This document shows positions 1 to 11,090 of a DNA stretch of 64,000 nucleotides, in pieces. Position numbers and translations under genes: made by a program. The notes below the pieces were generated by a model, which made no database searches, was not told where the DNA came from, and worked only from the letters and a program-made list of their open reading frames with translations. Position 1 is the first letter of the stretch, and each line of letters starts with the position of its first letter. Source of the DNA: Neophaeotheca triangularis (Eukaryota); the NCBI GenBank assembly GCA_054600435.1, contig BAAIJX010000003.1, positions 372,001-436,000 of the forward strand, in the 5' to 3' direction.

Positions 1-49
1 AAGCTCCCAATGCCCACTTCCCACCCACCCCCCCCAAAAGCATCCCTCC

Positions 50-1357
50 CTACTCAACCTCCACAGGCAAGCTCCGAGCGACCCCCGCATTCCCCTCCAA
101 ATGTACGCCCACCCCACCCTTGAGAACCCTCCTCAAAGCCTTGAGTCGAAGCAATTTCCACCAAGCATCCACGACCAAAGTCTCACCGCCAAGCTTAACT
201 TTCAACCGGCTGCCGTACTCCCTGCCCTCGTCGTCGAGAGCGCTGGAGTACCTGGGCCCGCGAGATGGGTTCTCCACTGTGGCGAAAATGTCGCGGAAAG
301 CTTGGTGCAGGGTTTTGCGATCGGCTTTGCTGATGCGTTTGCTCGATTGGCGGGTTAGGTCTTGTAAGACTGTGGTCAGGGCGTGGGGATCGCGGGTGGG
401 AGTGAAGGCGGATTTCGGGGTGTGTCCGTTGTTCATGTGGTTGTCGTCGTCGTCGTCGTCGTCGTCGCTGTCGTCGGCGCCCGCGTAGCTTTTCTCGTAA
501 ATGAGCGCCACGTTCTCGCCCGCCGCGACTTGCACGCCCGCGTCCCCGGCGCCGAGCTGGTCGATGAAAGTCTCCATGGCGTGCTCGCAGACTTCCTCGA
601 TAGCTTCGACTTCCAGCTTCGTGGCCAAGAACCCCCAGCCCTCGAGCGCAGCCTTTACGACCTCCGCATCATCTTCCGCGCCCGCGGCGACCCCATCGCT
701 CGCCGCAATCTCCAGCAACCACTCCATAACCTCCTGCACCTCCACCTCCGCGGCGCCGCCATAAAAAACCGCCAGCGCCAACGCATGCAAAGCGGCAACT
801 TTAACCGCACTCTCCATCGAATCCTCCACCGCGGTCTTAACAACCGGCGCCAGCTCCTCATAAACCTCCCCACCATTTCCCCCCTCCGACGCCAACGTCA
901 CAACCAAACACCCCAAACACCAAAGCGCGAGCACAACCTCCCTCTCCCTCTCCCCCGCCTTCACCATCCTCACAACCGCCGGCACCACCTCCCCCATCCT
1001 CGCCTTAACCTCTCGATCACAAACCCGCCGACACAACCCCCACCCTAGATACCTCAAGCGCTCCTCCCTCCCCTCAGTCGAAGACCTCTTCCTATCCACC
1101 AAGCCATCCATAACCTCGTACAATTCCGCACTACTGCTCGCGCCCTCTTCGCTCAGCTCTTCCGCGTCCTGCGTGGCGAAACCGCTTTCGCTGAGGCTAG
1201 TCTCTTCGTCGTCGTCCGAGGTCGCGCGGGAGGCTGCGCGGGATGAGCGGGCGGGAGACGTCGCTTTGCTGGACGAGGGCGTGGTGATTTTGCTGCGGGC
1301 TTTGCGGGAAGTGGTTTTTTTCGATTCCAGGAGGACTTGTTTGCGGAGGTCGTGCAT
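50..1357 (-). CDS. IFRD (interferon-related developmental regulator) domain protein, 435 aa
   Basis: Single-exon ORF; likely ATG at 1357 (MHDLRKQVLLESKKT). ARM-like helical body with IFRD-typical segments VQVAAGENVALIYE, SSKRISKADRKTLHQAFRDI and the C-terminal W-W-K-x-x-R-L-x-A-L-R-R-x-L-x-G-G. Confidence 0.8.
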   Translation of the reverse strand: MHDLRKQVLLESKKTTSRKARSKITTPSSSKATSPARSSRAASRATSDDDEETSLSESGFATQDAEELSEEGASSSAELYEVMDGLVDRKRSSTEGREERLRYLGWGLCRRVCDREVKARMGEVVPAVVRMVKAGEREREVVLALWCLGCLVVTLASEGGNGGEVYEELAPVVKTAVEDSMESAVKVAALHALALAVFYGGAAEVEVQEVMEWLLEIAASDGVAAGAEDDAEVVKAALEGWGFLATKLEVEAIEEVCEHAMETFIDQLGAGDAGVQVAAGENVALIYEKSYAGADDSDDDDDDDDNHMNNGHTPKSAFTPTRDPHALTTVLQDLTRQSSKRISKADRKTLHQAFRDIFATVENPSRGPRYSSALDDEGREYGSRLKVKLGGETLVVDAWWKLLRLKALRRVLKGGVGVHLEGNAGVARSLPVEVE

Positions 1358-2240
1358 TTTGGGTGGGTGTTTGGTTGGGGCTGGGGAGTGAGGTTGGTGG
1401 TTCGGTGGTGGACTGGCTGGTTTTCTTGCGTCGCTGGCGTTGATATTCTTGGTCGGTTGCTGAGTTTGTTCTTTCGAAAGGCTTTTGCTTGTGCTTGTTT
1501 GTGTGTTCACGGCTCGTGTTAGTAGGTATTCAACAAGACTCGATCGAATAAGTCTCAAATCAGTGGACTCGGGGACTGGTGAATTGGATACATGAAGTAT
1601 CTTAGGATATAAACGTCAGTCGGAGGTGAGTCACAAACCCACAAAAACAAGAGGTGAGACCAAAATCAAGCGGGCGGTACAGCAGTAGTGTGTGTGTTTG
1701 TGCGTGACTAGGAGAAAAGATGAGGGAGGAAGATCAGGTGGTTTGTTATTAACGTGTGCGCCGCCCGTTTCTTTTTGCGGGCTTTTAGGCTTCACTGCGC
1801 GACACCAACGCATGCGGCATGTGCTAGGTATTGTGCTCGTCTTATCTCCGCTTTCACCCGACCGCGGCGCTTGCGGGAGCGGGCGCGAGGCTGGAACTTA
1901 AAGTCAGGCGCCTGGGGGATGGAATGCTGCGATGGCACTTCGGCTTGCCTTTGTCGGGTAACCTTAATGGCTATCAAATAGATAGTAACCAGGTCGAAAG
2001 GGTAGCACGATTTGATGAATCAAAGGTCGTTCTCATTCTATCCGCATTAAAGGCGCCTAACTACTGGCTAAGCGCACCACAAAGGTCTTCGTGCGGTTAT
2101 CCTTGCACAATTTTGGCGCTCACAGTAGAGTCCATCCCTTCCCCTCTCTCTGCCATCTAAGACCCTCGCGCATGTGATATACAACTAGGCCCTCCATGTC
2201 GTAGTCATACACGGTCAGGAAAGAAGCAAGAAACCCCCTC

Positions 2241-5200
2241 TCAACCCCCCATCTCCGTGTCCTTGTCCTTCTCCCCGCCATCCTCCTTCGCCTTCACAAA
2301 CATGTTGCGAAAATCGGCGTTACTCTTGACGCCAGAACCCGGAGCCCCAGCATCACCTGCAGCATTGGCATCGCGTCCGGAAGTAGACCCAAGCCCACCA
2401 CGCGCGCCGCGACCTCCACGTCCTCCACGTCCGAAACTCAGTCCGCCACGTCCGCGAGCACGAAGAGCGGGGCGAAACATGGTGTTGCTGGCTGGAGCGT
2501 CGGCGGCGTAAGGGTTCGCCACCTCCCCTCCACCTCCAGTCTCAGCCGCACCCTTGCTCTTGCCAGCATTGGGTCCCTTCTTCGCCAACAAGTTCTCCAC
2601 GAGGCCGGTCTTGGTGTGAGGGCCGATGTCAGGAACGTCGACTCCAGCCTTCAATTTGGTGGCGACGTCCAGATCCTCGAACTCGATGATCGCACCGCGG
2701 AGGTTGCGGCGCATCTGGACCTTGAGAAGGGCGCCGTGGGCCTCCATGGCGTCCTGGACGCGCTGGGAGTTGACGGTGTCGGGGATCGCAAAGACGGCGA
2801 CCTTGCGCTCGCGGGCCGTTCTGCTAGGATCTGGGTCGCTGATGGAGTGATTGCCCAACGCCGTCGTGGTCTCGCCCATGTCGACATCGGCAGCGGCCTC
2901 CCCGTCGCCGTTGACGGCAGTAGGCGTACCAGCGGAAGGCTCGGGAGTCGCAGAGTTCGGGTTGCGAACGATGTGGCTGTCTATCCTAGCCTTGAGTTGG
3001 GGGTCGGTGCCACCGCGCTCAGTGGCGATGACAACGGAGATGATGCGCTGTTTCACAAGCTTGTTGTTCATCGCAAGCGCAGCAGTTGCCTCCTCAGGCT
3101 TTGAGTAGGCGATGATGCAAGTCCCCAGGAACATCCCGTTGAAGTTGAACATCTGTTTGACCCTTTCTATGGTGCCAAACTCCCTGAACATCTCGCGAAC
3201 GTGCTGCTCCTTTATGTTGCGGTCTAGGTTCTTGACCACAATCTCACGGCCTTCGCTCATCGCGCCACTGCGCTGCGCATTCTTGTTGTTGGGGTCCGAA
3301 ATCTTGGCCAGCAACTTGTGGTCTTTGTCGATTTTGGTCCCGTCCATGGCATCCTCTGCTGCCTTGGCGACCTCGTGAGACAAGAACTGCACGTAGGCAA
3401 AGCGACGGGTGTCCTTGTACTTCAGCGACGGCATGCGGACTGCGGCAATCTCACCAAAGCGCTTGAACAGCTGGCGGATCTCGTCCTCGCGGTACCGGGG
3501 AGGGTAGTTGGTAACGTACAGCGAGCTGTAGCTGCCGTCCGAGATTCTGACATACGGGCCAGTGCCGCCAAAGAGCGGCTTGCCGTCCCTGGTCTTCGCA
3601 GAAACCACGTCTTCCTGAGACGCGAATTCGACAACGGCCGAAGAGGTCAAGCCATCGTTCATCTTTACCTGGGCGATCGACTTGGGCTTTCCGAGATCCA
3701 TGAAAAACTTGGAAACAGCGACCTTCTCGACGTCGACAGGGAGGTTGCTGATGACGAGGACCAACGTCTCGCGGTTGCGCTTGTCCTCTCCGTCGGCGGC
3801 TTCAGGCGCTTCCGGGGTCTCCTTTGCCTTCTTGTGGTCTTTCGTGTCTTCCATGTCCTCGTCGCCGCGCTTGCGCTTCGACTTACCCGAGTCAACTTCC
3901 ATGGGTGCTGGGGCAGCCTCGTTGGGAACTGTAGCCTGCTCTCGTTCCAATCGCGCGGCGATCTTGACCTGAAACTTGTGCGTGTTTGCCAGAGCCACCT
4001 CGAGCTTCTCCGCAGACTCGTGCAATTGACAGTGTTGGAGGTAAAGAGCAGACAAAGCCTCCGGAGAGTCGAAAGTTGGCTCTGTCAGCGCCTTTTCCAT
4101 CGCCTGCTCCAGAATGGCGGTAGGAATTTTGGGGGCGTTCTCTGAGGTCTCGACGCGGTGTTCGTCGGACATTCTCTCGTAACCCCATTGCAACAACTCG
4201 AACTGGTACCATTCGGTCCAGAACTTTACGTAGGCGCCGTGAGTTGGGGTCAGGTCTTGCCAAACCTGGCGAGCCTCGGCGATCTTACGAGCCATGGTCA
4301 AAAACTTGACCTTGACACGGTCAACGCGGAAGTAAGGGTCGCCTCGGTAGGTATCGCCGTGCAGCTTCTTACCGGCCTGGTAGACGTCCTCAGACGCGGA
4401 GATGATGCCGGAGTAGGAGACGTCGAAGTCGTCCTCGGAGCTTCCAGCCTTGAAGGCATGGTGGCGTAGGTAAGTGACCCAGCCGACCCAGGCCTTGATA
4501 TATTCGTCGATCCCACCAGCATCGCGCAAGACCGAGTTAGTGGCCGCATCCTTGATCTCCACGATCTCGTTGTAGATCCTGGCCTCAAGCTCAGCACGGA
4601 GGTGGCCCTCTTCCTCTGGGCTCAGCTTAGCGCCGGCCTGAGCGCGTGCGTTAATTTCCGCCTCGATGCGGGAGTTGCCATCGACTTCGGCACGGAGGAT
4701 GCGACGAGCCCAAAGGTCACCAGACCAGGGGCAGTGCTTCGTGGCTCGCTCAATGACGCGCCCGAGATTGCCGTCTCGTGGCAAGGTGCTGGTATACTCG
4801 ACCCAGAGATGCGCGACAGTCGGGAAGCGTAGAAGAGCCCTCTCGTATAGGGCATGCAGAATTCCTTCCTCCGTAGGCGCCTTTGGGTGAACCTTCTTGC
4901 TCTGGAATGCAATATACTCGACAAACGTGTTGTATACTGTAGCCTCGTCACCAATTTGTGCGGCCTGTCGCAGAGCATCCTCCCACTTCTGCTTCCCTGA
5001 GACTGCGCGTTGGATTGGCTTCATCCTTTCCGAGAGCTCTGCCGCCATGCCTTCTCCGTCCGGGAAGAGGCGCATAATGACAGCGAGGCATTTCTGCTTG
5101 GTACTGTCTAAATCGACGTGGGGCGTCATGAGACGCGGGAAAATGACGTCCTGGCAGATCTGCTCGGCCTCCTGTGGTGAAGGGTTGGCTGGCAAAGATT

Positions 5201-6750
5201 CCATAAGAGCGTCGAAATAGCGGTTCCAGATGAGGTGGCTGTTGTCGAAGCGCGTCATTGTGGCAGTGGTGGCGCGCTGAAGCACGTCAAGAATGGTCTC
5301 GCGAGTGAAGATGGCCTGGCGCATCTCCAGCTCATCTTCTGGCACGCCAGCCGCCTGGGCAGCTTCTGCATCCTGGCAAAACTCGTAGTTGGCCTGCAGA
5401 AAGTCGATATAGGAGACCCAGATTTTGGTCGAAGCAGGCTCTTCGGCAACAACCTTCTCGAACAAAGTGAGGAGTTCCATGAAGTCCTCCGCGGAACGGG
5501 CCAGCAAAGTCTCGTCAGACAGCCATGTCATGGACATCGCCTCGCCAACAGAGAAAGAAGCTTCCATGTGCTGACGCGCTTGGCGGAGGTTCGGAAGCAG
5601 CTCGTATTGATGAGGGTCACGTGGCTCGGCGCCCTCATCGGCCGGGTATATATGGTTCATGAAGCCTTTGTGCAGAATGTCGATGAGTGCCATGTGCGAC
5701 TGGTAGTCGGACGGGTGATCATGGACATGAGCTGCAAATCCATTGGCTGAAGTGAGCTCTTGCTCAGATAGTGCGTTGGACGCCATTGAGGTGGGAGGTG
5801 GTGGTTTGGGGGTCGAAGCTTCGTCCATGATTAATTCACTTATGGACTTGCCCGATATATTGCGTGATAAAGGTGGAGCTGTAGTAGACGGGTTAATAAG
5901 AGTAGGAGAACGTGCGTGTGAGTCATTTTGAAAGTCGTGCTGAGGGTTAGTAGTGGTGACAGGGGTATTCCGGCTCGTCGCGGTCTGATGGCGCTGTTGC
6001 ATAGAAGCAAGGTCTAAACAGCAGAATGAAGAGGTCAGCTTGAGGATGCGTGGTGAAGTGAGCGTGTGAGAAGCCATTGGAGTGATACTTACCGGCAAGT
6101 GTTTCCATAGACGTCGTCGACGAGTGGCGGTGCTGAATTACTGGTCGCTCATGATGGTGGTGAGGAGGATGAGCATGTGCGGATACATACTGAGGCGCAG
6201 GTAAGGGTGAAGAGTGGTGTTGTTGTGAATGAGGATGTGGTGAAGCGGGATGCTGGTAATAGTGCGAGTGCGCGTGGTTGTCGGGGACGGAGGCAGCCGG
6301 GTGACTGGTGAAGTTGTGGTATTGCCTGAAGTTGGGTGCGGCGGCGGAGGCGGCGGTGGTGGTGCTACTCTGCAAAGGAAACGCGTGATGTGATGGTATG
6401 TTGGCAGATGAGGTCGCACCGTAGCTTGAAGGCGGGCGTGCAACAATGGGATGTGAGGTTGGCGTATGATTATTGGAAGTGAGGGAGAAGGTGAGGTTTT
6501 CCGTGTTTGGTGTTTGCGGATGTGAAGTTGAAGACGCCGACGCCGACGCCGACTCCGTGTTTGCTGTTCCTTCCTCAGGTTCCAACAAAATCTCTTGGCT
6601 CAAGCCTGAGGCCGCCCTTTTGCCACTACTGGACGGCCTAACGTTCTTCTTGGGCGGGCGGGCTGGCGACGACGAGGCTTCGGTCGGCGTCGGCGGGGTA
6701 GTGGATGTGGTTTGGCTCTCGTCCGGCGAAAGCAGTGAGGATATATTCAT
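2241..6750 (-). CDS. PRP24: U4/U6 snRNP recycling factor Prp24/SART3-like (HAT repeats, 4 RRMs, Lsm-interaction motif)
   Basis: Exons 6750-6093 and 6013-2241; intron 6092-6014 (GTAAGT...CTGAC...TTTAG) joins METLA-DLASM. HAT/TPR-like helices (LYERALLRFP, ERATKHCPWSGDLW), RRMs (LYVTNYP...RRFAYVQF), RGG tract and C-terminal KSNADFRNMF motif. Confidence 0.9.
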
Positions 6751-7581
6751 CTTGGACAAGTTTCTTCCAACCGTGGTCCCTCCCAGTTATCAGACAGACA
6801 TCAATGAGCTTGCCCGGTTGCTTGTGTGGACTGCTGACAGCCTCCCGTGCACCAACAACAAGGAATGCTTTCGCGCGACCGACAACCAGTGAAAGGGGCG
6901 GGTGGTGGAGAGACGTTGTAGGTGTAGAGAAGACTACAGACTACTACCAGCGTCTCCGTATGAAGGAATGATGCCCTGCCTTGGAAGCTCCGCGCCAATG
7001 CACGCCGTCGCAAGCGATCACTGATCAGTAGTAGTTGTAGTACAGCCTAGTACTTTAACAGGACAAGACAGGACAACAGGACACAGGTCCGGGGTGTCGG
7101 GGGGAAACCCGACTTCTGGCTTTTGGCAGATCGGCGAAAACAGGGCGCAAAAGTCGTTCTAGAACTGGCCGGTTGACGCCAGATTTGTCCACTCTTCTCG
7201 CGAATCGGAGTCTTTCAGAGTGATCCTTTGATCCTTTTGGTCCGTCACGCCGCCACAAAGACGTTTCGCATAACTAAGGAGGTAGATGGACTATCCGGCA
7301 AGAGCAGTATGGTCGGGTATGTGAAGATGAAAGCGCATGACATGCAGAAGACAAATTGCCATGGTGATTGTCGTCTTTTGCATCAACCCCCCCGCCCGGT
7401 CCTGATTCGCTGTTGTTCTCGTCTCATCTAGATTATTAAATCACGTGAACAGAGCCTCATTCTTGGCTTTCCCGGAGGTTTTGAAGCCCATACCGACCGA
7501 CGACTTGAGGTGCTATACTTGCTGTAGAGAGCGCTGCTTCACCTATCGACAGGAAGCCGCTTCTTGTCACAACAGCACATC

Positions 7582-8686
7582 ATGAGTGTAGCAGGCCCTT
7601 CGCGGCGATTAGCGCCACGATGTAAGACATCCAATCGCTCTATACCGCTCTACGACCCTTGACTAACCGCCGTCCCAAGGCCTCTTCCAAGCCCAACTCC
7701 CCATCCGAACCCTCCCCCAACGCCGCCATGCCTCCTCAGACGACGACTCCGCCTTCCCAAAGAAGTCCAACCCGATTCTCGAAGAGTACCAACGCCGACA
7801 CGGCAACTCCGGCAATTCAACCCCCCAAGAAGCGCCACAAATGCCCCAAGGCGGTCAACTCCCCTCCAACACAATCTTCGACAACACTAGCAAAGACATC
7901 ACAACCACCAAACAAGGCCCATCCAATCCCTTCGCCGCCACCGCTGCCGGTCAAGAAAACGACGAACCCTCGCAATCTCCCATCCCCTCGCGCGACCCCT
8001 CCGCCTCCTCGCGCACCCTCGACCCCGACCCCAACAGCCGCGAACGATGGGAACGCAAAAAAGTAATCCAAACCCTCCGCAAAAACGGCCGCATGTCGAA
8101 ACCCGAAATCATCGCCCGCACGGAACGCGAACACCTCTCGCGCAGCCCAAATTTCAAGACCTCGGTGAAAAAACTCGGCATGCTGGCGCGGCAAATCCAA
8201 GGCAAAACTCTCGAAGAAGCGCTCCTGCAAATGCGCTTCTCGAAGAAAAAAGCCGCCGACGAGGTCCGCAAACACCTCGAATACGCGCGGGATGAAGCTA
8301 TCGTGAGTAGGGGCATGGGGTTGGGGAAACTGCCCACCACCACGACCGCGGCTCTCGGCGCGCCGGAACAAGACCAGACGCGCGAAATCCAGCTGAAATC
8401 CGGCCGTCGTCATACCGTTACCAACCCTTCGGAGATTTATATCGATCAGGCGTGGGTCGGACGAGGACCGTATGGTAAGTTGCCGGATTTCAGGGCGCGA
8501 GGGAGGGTTTATATCATGTACACGCCGTGGACGAGTTTGAGCGTTGTGCTCAAGGAGGAGAAGACGAGGGTCAGGCTGTTTGAGGAGAGGGAGGCGAAGA
8601 GGAGAAGACAGAGGGAGGAGAAGGTCTGGACGCCGCTGCCGGATAGGCCCATTCAGGGTTCGCAGGCGGGGTGGTACTGTTGGTAA
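7582..8686 (+). CDS. MRPL22: mitochondrial ribosomal protein uL22m
   Basis: Exons 7582-7621 and 7680-8686; intron GTAAGA...CTAAC...AAG is in frame with the 7841 ORF. L22 motifs KTSVKKLGMLARQIQGK, ALLQMRFSKKK, IYIDQAWVGRG, RARGR; Arg-rich, acid-poor N-terminus. Confidence 0.9.
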
Positions 8687-8912
8687 AGTAGGTTCGAGTG
8701 AATGCGGTAGGAAAGGTAAACAGGGGAGTGTGGATGTTTGTGGAACCGTGTCAATAGGGGAGCTTCTTGGCTGGGCATTGTAGAAACAGTCGAGCTTTCC
8801 ACGTCGTGGCGTCTGTACAGTAGAAAATTGTACATTTGAAATCTTCCTTCCAAACTTCTCAGGGGTATCATATCATATACACGTCAATCAGAGACGCTCG
8901 AACCTTGGAACA

Positions 8913-10724
8913 TCACAACCCGACCAACGCTCTCAATCGCCTCTCACTTCCCTCCAGCACCCTAACCGCCGCCTCCTCATCCTCCTTCTTGCCCAATCGA
9001 CCCCCCCACCCCCTCCTAGCCTCCCTCTCCTTGCCACCAACCTTCAACCCTGCCTTCTTCCTCCTAGCCTTAATCCCCTCTTCCACGACGCGTCCCAGAC
9101 CCTCCTCCTCCCCCTTTAAACCCTCCCAAGCCCGCCTATCCATCCGCCAAAGCAACCGCCCCAACCCCTCAACACAAATACTGACACGCGCGTTCTCGAC
9201 CACGGAACCTAGGTTCGCGGCCCAAGGTGCGAAGTACTTGCACCAATCCGCCGGCGTTAGGGAGTTCAAGTGATAAAGTGGGGCTTGCGCGGACAGCAGC
9301 GGGCGAACGAGGACTTGCAGCAGGGAGGACAGGGCTTCGGGCTCTAGCCATGGGGCACTGAGGTCGGGTGCGCAGGTGTTGTAAGCCGGAAAGGGAGAGG
9401 TGGCGTTGGGTATAGAGGTTGGGAGCGCGAAGGCTGTGAAGGTTTGGAGGGGCAGGTCGCGGAGCGCTTCGACGTAGATTTCGAAGAGGGTCTCTGTGTC
9501 GGTGAAGTGGGCGGGGGAGCTGGGGGAGGACAATAGGGTGCTGTAAAGGGCGAGAAGGCGTAGGAGGCGCCGGCGGAGGTGGAGGGACTGTGGGCCGCCG
9601 TGGCTAGGGGTGGTGGGCTTAGGTGGGGTTGTCGAGGTTGATTTGGTGGTTATCTGGTCAGGCGAGTTGCTTGTTGTATCGCTTTCATTATCGGAGTGGG
9701 TGCTTGGTCTGCGTCTTTTGCAGCTTGAGAGGCGGGTGGAGCGTTTGAGGGTTGCATCTGGGGTATCCCTCTCTGAGCTCGAGTCGTCGTGGTCGAAGTA
9801 GTCGCCGTAATCGCCGTGGTCCAGGTCGAGCTTCCTTTTCTTCTTAGCCGCCTCTTCCTCTTCGTGTGTTGGTTGAGCTTTCGGTGAGTCCGTCTCGTTC
9901 TTCCAGAGTTCCGGAAACTCAGCCATATTCTGCTGTCCGCCATCTGCAAGAATCGCCCGCACTATCCTCCTCTTACTACCCCTTCCACTGCTGAGGCCTG
10001 ACAGATACTGTGCCATCATACTATCCCGCAGCAACTTACCCGCCCTCTCCTCATTCTCAACCCACAAATCATTCGCCTGCGCCGCCCGCTCATCCAAATC
10101 ACTCTCAAGAATATCACACATCAACTCCAACCACAACCTCCACCTCCCCCAACGATGCTTACACTTAACAGAGCAATTGAAAGCCCACCCGACAATTGCC
10201 CAAAAGTCCCCGGCATTCTGCCAAACAGACTGCCTCGCGGCCAAAGGCACCTGCAATTGCGAAACCCGATCCTCATCTTCTTCTATAACCACGAAGCCCG
10301 ATTTGCGCGTCTCCTTCCTCTTCGTCCGACGCTCATCCTCCTTCTCCGAAAACACGAATGCCCGGTTGAAACCCGCATTCACCGCTCCGACGAGACTAAC
10401 GACGTGTCGCAAGTACCTCAGGGCTTCGTCGGAAGCTGCCTGCTTCTCGGCAAGCCTTGTTCGCGTGGTGTGACCGGGGTGAATGATGAGCGTGCCCGCG
10501 AATGCCAGGTAAGAGGCCGGTGGTACTGCAGCCGGGAGCTCGGTGCCAGTTCCTGCTACTAGTACGCTTGAAAGGAGGGAGAAGGCGTTGGCATGAAGAT
10601 GTTCGCGGATGCAGATGCTGGCGTTGTGAAGGATTTGGGCCGGGACTGGTACGGGGTTGCGGTAGGAACGGCGGATCAGGTTAGAGGTTTGTGAAGATCC
10701 TGGGGGTGGCGGTGACTTTTGCAT
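8913..10724 (-). CDS. conserved fungal hypothetical protein, 603 aa (helical, NLS-like KKKRK); possibly Nse5-like
   Basis: Long ATG-initiated single ORF with a conserved-looking core DFWAIVGWAFNCSV...RWGRWRLWLELMCDILESD. The CDS is solid; the function is a guess. Confidence 0.75.
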   Translation of the reverse strand: MQKSPPPPGSSQTSNLIRRSYRNPVPVPAQILHNASICIREHLHANAFSLLSSVLVAGTGTELPAAVPPASYLAFAGTLIIHPGHTTRTRLAEKQAASDEALRYLRHVVSLVGAVNAGFNRAFVFSEKEDERRTKRKETRKSGFVVIEEDEDRVSQLQVPLAARQSVWQNAGDFWAIVGWAFNCSVKCKHRWGRWRLWLELMCDILESDLDERAAQANDLWVENEERAGKLLRDSMMAQYLSGLSSGRGSKRRIVRAILADGGQQNMAEFPELWKNETDSPKAQPTHEEEEAAKKKRKLDLDHGDYGDYFDHDDSSSERDTPDATLKRSTRLSSCKRRRPSTHSDNESDTTSNSPDQITTKSTSTTPPKPTTPSHGGPQSLHLRRRLLRLLALYSTLLSSPSSPAHFTDTETLFEIYVEALRDLPLQTFTAFALPTSIPNATSPFPAYNTCAPDLSAPWLEPEALSSLLQVLVRPLLSAQAPLYHLNSLTPADWCKYFAPWAANLGSVVENARVSICVEGLGRLLWRMDRRAWEGLKGEEEGLGRVVEEGIKARRKKAGLKVGGKEREARRGWGGRLGKKEDEEAAVRVLEGSERRLRALVGL

Positions 10725-11090
10725 GTTGTGCAGTGTCAGTGGAGCTTGAAATGAGAGAGACAGAGATCATGGATGAGCTGCAGTTACCATGTGTAGGCCA
10801 AGTCTTGACGCGATCGAAGCCGACGCGCTGTCACGTGCTCATTCGGGAATACTGGAAAGCTCAAACCCTGACCCTCAGGTGCACATTCTAAAACATTAGA
10901 TCAATAAAAAAATGTCCGTTAAGCAAGCAACCTGCCACCCTCCCCGGCGCCTTCGCTAGAACCTGAACCTGTCCTAACCTAGCCCACGCCCTTCAGAACC
11001 CGCGTCAAATTCCACTTTACCCGTCATCGTTTCTTTCTCCCCTATGAAATTTCCGCAGCACAATTTCCGGTCAAAATCTCAACTAACCAC

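Noticed and set aside
5947..6759. Separate 270-aa gene upstream of PRP24
   Set aside because: A canonical intron (6092-6014) joins it in frame to PRP24, so it is treated as exon 1.
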